From assembly GCA_963739235.1 (NCBI GenBank), contig CAVTZY010000033.1, positions 232,226 through 296,225 on the forward strand: a stretch of DNA of 64,000 bases, in the 5' to 3' direction. The position numbers and the translations under genes are program-made. The stretch's first letter is position 1. Each line of letters begins with the position of its first letter. The notes beneath the pieces are model-generated. The model saw only the letters and a program-made list of their open reading frames with translations. It made no database searches and was not told the origin of the DNA. The DNA comes from Terriglobia bacterium. Lineage in GTDB: Bacteria > Acidobacteriota > UBA6911. Shown here piece by piece: positions 52,145 to 60,100 of this stretch.

Positions 52145-54877
52145 TTAAAAACAGCCTTGCACGCGCAAGAGCTGAAGTTGTTCTACCGACATGTCGGCCG
52201 GGTCCTGGACCGAATCCGAGATCAGGTCCCCGGAGAGGCCCCGGTCCCAGTCAAACACGCTCACCTCGAAGTGGTTCTGCCGCAGCCGCTCGAACGCCTG
52301 ACAGGCGCCCTTTCGACCGGCCTCGTCCCGGTCCAGAAACAAAATGATTCGTGGAAACCCGATCCGGGACCGAATCCACGCCAACCGCTCGATCTGTTCC
52401 GCGGAGATGTGGGCTCCCATCAAGGCACCGACATTACAACAGCCCGCTTCCACGAGCTTGGCCACATCAAAAAAGCCCTCCACGAGAACCAGACCGAATG
52501 TCCTCGCCTGGCGGCCGGCTTCTGGATCCAGCAGGAGTTGATCCTGGTTGTAGATTTCCAGCCCTTTTCGGAACGGATAACTCCAGTATTTTCCATCCGA
52601 GTTTTCTTGTTCCGGCATCAGGGCCCGTCCGGTGTGGCTCAGGATGATCGACTGAAGACCCTGGCCATTCTCTTTCACGCCCCGGATTTGAAACACCACC
52701 CGGGAATGCAGGGGAGAGCCCGGTCCTCGGTTCGCTCTCGGGGGCAAAAAGCCGCAGCCCAGATAACGACAGGTGGCGGCAGATATGCCGCGACGGCTCA
52801 ATTCGGGATGATCGGAGTGAAGATAACGGCGCAGGTCGATCTCGATGTCGCGATTGGCAGGAGTCGTACACGTCGGGACGCTGACCGGACTTGGTTGCGG
52901 TTTTGGGTCAGGAGCAGGCGGTGTTTGCGGCATTGCCGTGCAGATTCCTTCCCCGACCATCCACTCGGCTACTTCGAACATGGTCATCTCACGGCCCTGC
53001 CGCTGCAGCACCTCCCGGCAGAACTGGATGATGCCGCCGCCCTTGCCGCTGCTGAAATCCTTGTAGACATTGGCCGACAGACTGACGTGCATCGAGGCCT
53101 GCTTTTCCTGTGTAAACGGAGATCTGAGCCAGATCTCATCATCTCGGCTGCGGCGCTGGTGGTCTACGCTGAGTTGAAACACCTCGATCACCTTCCGCCA
53201 GCTTGCCTGCTGCCAGACCTCGCGCAGTTGCTGCCGGTCAATGACCCGCGATATGGAAGCAATCGTCTTTTGGGGAATCGGCGCCGCCGGGAGTTCCGCC
53301 TGGGCGGCGTGTTGATTCCAAAAAGCGGCGTAGTCTTCCCCCGGGCGAATCAAGGCGTGCTTTTGCGTGAGACGGTCGGATTCTTCGGCTTTCCGTTCCC
53401 CGGCTTCGGCCGCCATGCTCTCCACGATCCGCCGCAAGGCTTTGAAACTTCTCAGCCCGTTGCGCTTTACCACTTCCGCCGCTTTCTCCACGTGGCAGGC
53501 CGCGTAATGTCGAACCAGATTGACCAGGCCGTACATGCGGCGTTGACCGCTGCGGCCTTCTTCCTTGAACCATGTCTCGCACAGATCGAAGGTGTGCGGA
53601 CCGATGCATTCGGCCTGTGCCAGCAAGCGGTCTGTTTCCCGGGATGGATTGAAGATCCGATCCGCGGGGTCCATCATCAGGGAACCAGGCCGCCTGCTCC
53701 TGGGATGGCGGCGGATAACCTCCATCCGGACCGGATCGAGTATCTTGACTTGATCCTCGTAGATCCGTACCACCACCTTGCTGCCGAGCGGTGCCGGACT
53801 GGCGGCATAGTAGGATTGGCCGATCTGAGTCGTCCCGTCATCGTAGACCGTCCGGGTTTCCTGCTGAAAATAGCGGAACGGCATCAGCGGCAACGGCTGC
53901 AGATAGGGTTTCTCTTCCTGGAACATCTCCTTGACCTGCCGCTTGGCCCGGCCATGGATTCGCGGCGATGCCCACCGATCCTCCCAATGCATCAACCATT
54001 CGTTCTGGGCCTCGATGCTTTCGAATTTCCGTCCCTTCAAGGCCGTGTCCTGCGTGTATTTCACCGCATTCTCCACGGTCCCTTTTCGGTCCGAATCGCC
54101 CACTCTCGCCGGATCTGCCACTACCTCGTAATGATTCAACATCGCGGCATACAGCGGATTGAGATCCGGTTCATAGATGTCCGGCTTGATCACGCCTTCC
54201 TTGAGGTTGTCCAATGTCACGTATTGCGAACAGCCCGCAAAATAGCGGAACGCTTCCTCGTGCAGCCGGCACCAGATTTCCTTGCTCGAATTCCAAACCA
54301 CCTTCCGAAAGGCCCGCCCCGAGTACTTCAAGGTCATGATGAACAGGCGCGGCCGCCGGAATTTTCCGCTGCTGTGAAGAGTTGGAGCCCCCTGCCCGTA
54401 GTCCACCTGGGCTTCTTCTCCCATCAGGAATTCCAGCCGGTCATATTGCTCGGGGTCCTTCCGTTTGAGGAGCCGCACAAACCGCTTCACGCTGTTGTAG
54501 CGGTGATTGAAACCGAACAGTTCTACCAGATCCTGGTAGATGGCCATGGCATTGCGGCCCCCTCTGACCTGCTCCTCGATCCACTCCCGGTGCGCTTCAC
54601 AGGCCGAGCGGACATGCTTGGGCATTTTGGGTTCAGGAGCCGGTGGCCGGGGTGGGGGATTTTGATTCAATGGTATCTCAGAGCCGGTGGCCACCTCCTG
54701 TGGGGTGGGGGATTGTGAATCCCCACTTTCTTGTACCTCGTCCGAATCGTACGATTGGCCATACCGGCGGATGGTTTTTCGATCGATCCCGGTCTTTCGC
54801 TGGATCTCGCGTTGACTTATCTCCTTGTGCAGCAATGTCTTGATCGTGGTTTGCAAAGACAGCTTCAAAACGTTCAT
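52145..54877 (-). CDS. istA: IS21-family transposase IstA fused to a C-terminal DnaG-like primase/Toprim module
   Basis: N-terminal HTH 'ISQREIQRKTGIDRKTIRRY' and DDE core up to '...LTQKHALIRPGEDY' (aa about 1-545 of the 924-aa ORF). A Cys-less CHC2-finger-like 'LRSPFTQEKQASMHVSLSANVYKDFSSGKGGGIIQF' follows. Primase motifs are 'VVFQIRG..SHTGRAL', 'KYWSYP' and 'GLEIYNQD'. Toprim is 'LVLVEGFFDV' plus 'LFLDRDEAGRKG'. Confidence 0.8.
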   Translation of the reverse strand: MNVLKLSLQTTIKTLLHKEISQREIQRKTGIDRKTIRRYGQSYDSDEVQESGDSQSPTPQEVATGSEIPLNQNPPPRPPAPEPKMPKHVRSACEAHREWIEEQVRGGRNAMAIYQDLVELFGFNHRYNSVKRFVRLLKRKDPEQYDRLEFLMGEEAQVDYGQGAPTLHSSGKFRRPRLFIMTLKYSGRAFRKVVWNSSKEIWCRLHEEAFRYFAGCSQYVTLDNLKEGVIKPDIYEPDLNPLYAAMLNHYEVVADPARVGDSDRKGTVENAVKYTQDTALKGRKFESIEAQNEWLMHWEDRWASPRIHGRAKRQVKEMFQEEKPYLQPLPLMPFRYFQQETRTVYDDGTTQIGQSYYAASPAPLGSKVVVRIYEDQVKILDPVRMEVIRRHPRSRRPGSLMMDPADRIFNPSRETDRLLAQAECIGPHTFDLCETWFKEEGRSGQRRMYGLVNLVRHYAACHVEKAAEVVKRNGLRSFKALRRIVESMAAEAGERKAEESDRLTQKHALIRPGEDYAAFWNQHAAQAELPAAPIPQKTIASISRVIDRQQLREVWQQASWRKVIEVFQLSVDHQRRSRDDEIWLRSPFTQEKQASMHVSLSANVYKDFSSGKGGGIIQFCREVLQRQGREMTMFEVAEWMVGEGICTAMPQTPPAPDPKPQPSPVSVPTCTTPANRDIEIDLRRYLHSDHPELSRRGISAATCRYLGCGFLPPRANRGPGSPLHSRVVFQIRGVKENGQGLQSIILSHTGRALMPEQENSDGKYWSYPFRKGLEIYNQDQLLLDPEAGRQARTFGLVLVEGFFDVAKLVEAGCCNVGALMGAHISAEQIERLAWIRSRIGFPRIILFLDRDEAGRKGACQAFERLRQNHFEVSVFDWDRGLSGDLISDSVQDPADMSVEQLQLLRVQGCF

Positions 54878-55069
54878 CCTCTCTCTCCCATTTGTGAACG
54901 GACCAATGGGAGCATGCACGTTCTGTCGCCGTCTGCAGCGATGTTTATCGCGAAATCTGTGCAGCTAAGTGGGGGATTTTCAAGTGGCCACAAGTGGGGG
55001 ATTTTGGGTGGCCATCAGGGTTAGGGGAACATTTTGCAGCTACTCATCTTGATCGGAGGCGAGGGCTCT

Positions 55070-55354
55070 ATGAAAACCACTCGCTTTTCTCGATCTGGTT
55101 TTTTCATCAGTACCCAGGATTCTGAACGAGAGTTGATAAATATTTGGCTTTCCACATCCAGAGAAGAGCGCAAACAGAAGTTTGCCGGCACGGCACGAGC
55201 GGCTGAAATTGCCGGAGTGTCGCAGCGAACCGTGCAATTCTGGATTGATTCAGGGTATTTGGCTTCATTGCGCATTGGCAAAAAGTATCAGATTTACCTT
55301 CCTTCGCTGATTGAGCACCTTTTCCCCCGGGCCGGTTGCAGGTGGGTCGAGTAG
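55070..55354 (+). CDS. excisionase/MerR-like helix-turn-helix DNA-binding protein
   Basis: 'GTARAAEIAGVSQRTVQFWIDSGYLASLRIGKKYQIYLPSLIEHL'. Starts 39 nt from the IS21-like right end. Confidence 0.6.
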   Translation: MKTTRFSRSGFFISTQDSERELINIWLSTSREERKQKFAGTARAAEIAGVSQRTVQFWIDSGYLASLRIGKKYQIYLPSLIEHLFPRAGCRWVE

Positions 55355-56197
55355 GGCAATGGCGCGGACCGGGCTTCGAATGATGCCGAACGTCTCCATC
55401 GCCCCCTCTAAAATTCCGTACGGCGGGTTTTCCCCGGTACGGCTTCAAGGCCAGCATATCAGACAGGGCCTTCCTGAACAGCTGCTCGGTTAAGCCTGCT
55501 CCCAGCATACCCTCGCTGCTGCTCAGTTTGCCTCCGTCCTTCGCACACTTCTGTTGCGGGTAATCGCCTGGCTCTGAGTCCAGATCCACCCGTGCGTCCG
55601 TGCGCCACTGTTTGAGAGGCCTGCGCCCCTCTACCCCAGGGGTCCTTGGCTCCGGATCGAGTTATGCTGTCTCGTTCCATCTTGGCTTACTACGACCCCA
55701 TCCGCCAGTCCCGCAGGCACGCTGCGACTTCGTTTTACCTTATACGCAACGCCTTCGCTGTGCGGGAGCGCCTCGGCGACCCGCGGGACCTTCCCTACTT
55801 TTGCGGCTGCGCTTTCCCTGCATGTCGCCGACCCTGCCCCGGCGGTCCGCCGCGCCCTCCCGTTGTATTCACACGGCGATTCCAGGCTTCCTCCAACTAT
55901 CACGGAGTAGCCACCCACGATACCGTCTCTGCCAGCAATATCCGACCGGTTATTCGATTTCGGGGCTGCATCGTTCGCTTTATGCTACGACCTGCACGTT
56001 TGCCTTGCCCTCCTGACTGGCTACGACGAGATGAAGTCACGTGCTCTTCACCCCGCCTCCTGAGGTACATTGTCACTCCCGCTTTTGACGCTGCTCGTTA
56101 CCGAACAGCGCTGGAAGTCAGGCTAGATGGGCGAACGGGAAATCTCCCATCGTCGGGACTCTCACCCGACAAGTCACAGCAGCTAGTGAGGCTGCAC
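55346..56197 (-). ncRNA. candidate ORF-less group II intron (or derivative structured RNA)
   Basis: On the minus strand: 5' 'GUGCAG'. A loop 'GUGAUAGUU' (EBS1-like, 55896-55901) is complementary to the 6 nt preceding the 5' end ('ACUAUC', 56198-56203). A domain V-like hairpin 'AGCCGUAC-CGGG-GAAAA-CCCG-CC-GUACGG' lies at 55412-55446. A domain VI-like helix 'GGGCGAUGG...CCAUUGCCC' has a bulged A 7 nt before a terminal 'AC'. No credible ORF in 850 nt. The DV triad partners are non-canonical (AA). Confidence 0.5.
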
Positions 56198-56496
56198 GAT
56201 AGTACGCCATAACATATTCTAGCTATTGATAATCAGGCATTGTGCGCAATTCACGAAATTCACGTATTTGGCGAAATTCGCGCAGTTGGCGCAGTACGCG
56301 CTAGACAAATAAAGAATGCATGTTAGAAAAATCTCATCATGCTTGGCCGAGTACGAGAAGACGCATTGGCTTCTAACGCATTCTCAGCCAGAGCCGTAGA
56401 TTGCTGATCTGAGTTCTTCATGAAATCGCTGGCTGCTGTCGGCATATATCGCGTTCATTGACTTGTACCTCCTTGGAACGTTACCGGAGAAAACGT

Positions 56497-57042
56497 ATGA
56501 ACCTCAAAAGCATTTATCTCAAATCCAAGGGCACGCTTTGGCCGCTGGTTGCCCTTCTTTTGCTGTTTACCATTGCGTTGGCGCTGGCTCAGACGCCGGA
56601 CAAAAAGGCGACACCGATGATCACCATCGATGGTTCGCAGACTCCGGACCGGATCCCGGACTGGATCCTGTGGAGCGAAGTATTCAAGACCGTGTCATTG
56701 CTATCGGACAAATTCGCGACGAAGGGCGATGACATTTGGGTGCAGAAGCTCCAACTCTCCAGGGAGCAGGCTAACCAACTCATCCAGCATGCCGGGACAC
56801 ATCGCGCCATGAATTCCGCAAAAAATGTGGAAGCGAGAAATCTCAAAGCCTCAACGAAAGAGAGCAAGGAATCGCTGCGCATCAAGCTGAAACAAGCCCA
56901 AATGAACAAGGAAGTCCAGATTCTCGAACTTCGCGATGCGCTTCGTGCGCGGATAGGTGAGGACGCATTCCAAAGGCTCCAATCTTACGCGAAGCTGAAT
57001 ATTGCGCCCACGATCAAGGTCGGCGCCATGGTCAGAAAATGA
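56497..57042 (+). CDS. secreted hypothetical protein upstream of the RHS gene
   Basis: Signal 'MNLKSIYLKSKGTLWPLVALLLLFTIALALAQ'. The remainder is helical and charged. No family recognised. Confidence 0.55.
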   Translation: MNLKSIYLKSKGTLWPLVALLLLFTIALALAQTPDKKATPMITIDGSQTPDRIPDWILWSEVFKTVSLLSDKFATKGDDIWVQKLQLSREQANQLIQHAGTHRAMNSAKNVEARNLKASTKESKESLRIKLKQAQMNKEVQILELRDALRARIGEDAFQRLQSYAKLNIAPTIKVGAMVRK

Positions 57043-57125
57043 GCGGGACCAGCCACGAGCATCACTGAACTGGAAACCAGCGGAAGGAGCATTAGTCCTA
57101 GCGTGAAATCCGGAGGAAATTGCTT

Positions 57126-60100
57126 ATGAAGCCGAAGATCTCGATTGGGGCGAATTCAGCAAGAATGATTTGGGCCGTTGGCCTAGGTTTTCTCTGCCTT
57201 TTGTCATTCATGCAAAGGGCATCCTATCCGAACGAAATCGTGGTTGAAGGAAAATACCATTTTCGGTCCGCGATTTGGGAGCAGTACGGAGCCGTCGTCG
57301 CCACAAGCAGCACTGACATTGACTACGATGCGCAGTACCAAAGCGCGAATATTGATCTGCTACTCGACCGGCCCGATGGTCCCGATGATGAGCAGCATGT
57401 TTGTAACGGCAGCTGCGAGGGCGTGAACATTGTAATCGTCGATCCTCTTATGTTTGGCACCTGGAATCTCCATGCGGATCATTGGATTGGCGATGAGTGC
57501 GGCGGGGATATGTGGATTTATGGAACTACTTCCGCGACCTTCACCAGAGCACAAACATCCATCAATTACTTCTATGCCAGCCCAAGCCATTATCTATACC
57601 CCGGATCGACCACGCTGTACTGGTCGACGACCAACGGATCAAACGCCTGGATCAATGGGACGGCCGTAGCTCTTTCCGGCAGTATGGTGGTCAGCCCTGG
57701 GATGACGACAACATATACGCTCTCCGTGTACGGCACCCTGAATACTGCTACCGCCACTGCTGCGGTCGGGGTCGACAAGCCTCTGTTAATGAATGGATAC
57801 CGCTATTCCGTGCGCCATGAAAAGGGCACGCCGCCGTTCTTCCCCTATACGCAGGTCAATCAGGAATCTGTAAACGTCGCCAACGGCAACCTCTTCTTTA
57901 CGGTGCCGCTCTTGAGCCGCCCGGGACGCAACGGCCTGGGTGTTGATCTGAAGCTTGCCTACAACTCCAAGCTCTGGGATTTCTATACTTGGAACGCCGC
58001 GATCTACGCCACCTTAGTTGAGGATAGTTCCTGGGTGGGCACCGGTTGGACACTGCTGGTCGGGAGAGTCATTGACGACTCGTCCAACGGGCGCTACTAC
58101 GTCACCCTTTCCGATGGATCCAACCACGAAATGACCTATTACGGAGGAGCATGGCGATCGATGGATTCAACCTACATGATTTACGATCCCGTCGTCCACA
58201 AACTGACTCTAAAGGGCGGCATAAACCTTCGTTTCGATTACCAGGATTCGGTGCGCACTAACATGCGGTTCGCCACGCGAGTCCAGGACACCAACGGCAA
58301 TTATCTCGAAATCGCCTATGGCAGTGGCGGAGGGCGCATCAGCACAATCCAGGATACGCTCGGGAACACCTACACCTTTTTGCTGAATTCCCAGGGAAGG
58401 CTGGCGTACATATCCTATTTTAACACCAACGACACAACCCAGCCGACGAGCACGATCGCTCTCGAGTATGATAGCCAGGCGATCTCTTTCGGCCCGGAGG
58501 CAGTGACTGCCTCCATGCCGGCGCAGGAATTCCTCGCGCATGTGACGTACATCAGCGGCGTCCGTTATAATCTCGTGTACGGAGGCAGCGGCGAACTCAG
58601 CGAAATAACCTACCCCACATTCGGGACCAGCCGCTATTTTTATAGCACCTACAACGTGTTGGAGCGCTTTCTCAACCAGACGGTCCCGGATCACTATGTC
58701 AGCAGTCACGACACGGGGGAGGGCACTGGAATATGGAGTTGGAACAACAGCCCGAATGGCCTGGCGGCGGCAGTTGGCGCGTCCATAACGGACCCGGGCA
58801 ATCAAAACAACTGGTACTACATCGCTGTCTTTATGGGCAAAGCAGGCGCAAGCTGGGCCGATGGATTTGTAACGAATCGAGTGACCGAAGACCTCTACGC
58901 TTACTACCGCCTGAAACTCGAATCCCAGCAAGACTGGACACAGGACGATACCCAGATCTCGACCATCAAGAATCCCAGGGTGGCCTGGACTCAGCACGTA
59001 GCCACAGGTGGGGCTTTACGGCCGGATGCGCAAACGATCAGCCGGAAGGAGTTCACCTACGCCCCTGCCGCTGACTACAGCGGGAATGTTAAGGAGATCA
59101 GAGAGTACGCTTGGAACGGCAGTCTGCGGCGCAAATCGACATTTAACTACCTCCACGAATCCAATGGCGCCTATGTTCCCTTGAACATCCTCGACAGGGC
59201 GACCGACGCGCTTATCTATGATGGCTCCAACCACCTGATCTCCAAAAGCCTGACCGCGTACGATTCAGTCTCGCCGCTTTATGCTGCTGCGGGAGCCATT
59301 CGCCATGATTCGTCTTTCGATACGAATTATGTGGCCAGAGGACTGCCTACGAGCATTACCCGATGGCACAATATCGCTCAGAACCAGTCTGTTGTGTCTT
59401 CAGTCAGATATGACGAATGCGGAAATGCGCGAGAGGCGACGGATCCCCGGTCTAACGTGACCTTCACGGAGTTCTGGCTTTCGTCGGCCGATAACGCTTA
59501 CGCGTTTCTGCTCCGGGTAACCAACGCCAAGGGGCACGTTGCCAGCGCATCCTTCAGTTACAAGAGCGGCGCGGTGCTCAGCCAAACGGATACAAACGGA
59601 AAAGGCACATACACGACGTATGACAGCCTCGACCGCCCAACGGCAATCAACAAGACGGACGGGCCAAGCAAGGCCATTACATACTACGAGGATCCCGAAT
59701 ACCAGACACCCCCTTATGCAATGATCTGGGATTACCTGACAGCCAATACCTTTTCCACGCATTTCGCCGTGCTCGACAACATGGGGCGCCTGCAGCAACA
59801 GATTCTGAGTGATACCTCGGGTGGCGACATTCAACGGGAACTGACTTATAACCCGCGCGGCGACCTTTCGCAGGTATCCGCTCCGCATCGGGCTGGCGCC
59901 ATCGCGTTTCAAACCAGCTATACTTACCTGCAGCCGTCCAGTCAAGCCGTTACCTATGCTGATGGATCGACGGATTGTATCAGTCGAGCACCGGCACTGA
60001 CCCAGGTAATGAGACTCCAAAAACGGAACACGCAACTTTTGGTACCAGGAAGACGGCAAGATCAATACCGTGCAACTGGAGGATCCGGATACTGGGGTAG

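Larger units (their letters stand above)
51203..55031 (-). mobile_element. IS21-like insertion sequence (about 3.8 kb) carrying an enlarged istA and a frameshifted istB
   Basis: Two repeated terminal motifs at each end. Left: 'ggccacttgaaaatccccca' and 'ggccgggtcaaaatccccca' (51224-51270). Right: 'tgggggattttcaagtggcc' and 'tgggggattttgggtggcc' (54970-55012). Outer ends share 'gatggccac'. TTTTGC flanks both sides. Confidence 0.8.

Noticed and set aside
55107-55589. 160-aa minus-strand ORF containing 'KPYRGKPAVRNFRGGDG'
   Set aside because: It spans the domain V/VI-like hairpins and then runs antisense through the HTH gene. Its composition is not protein-like. It is interpreted as an artefact of the structured RNA region.
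55360-56200. rRNA fragment, RNase P RNA or tmRNA as the identity of the structured block
   Set aside because: None of the characteristic motifs was seen on either strand. Missing are the RNase P 'GAGGAAAGUCC', the tmRNA tag ORF and tRNA-like end, and conserved 16S or 23S stretches.
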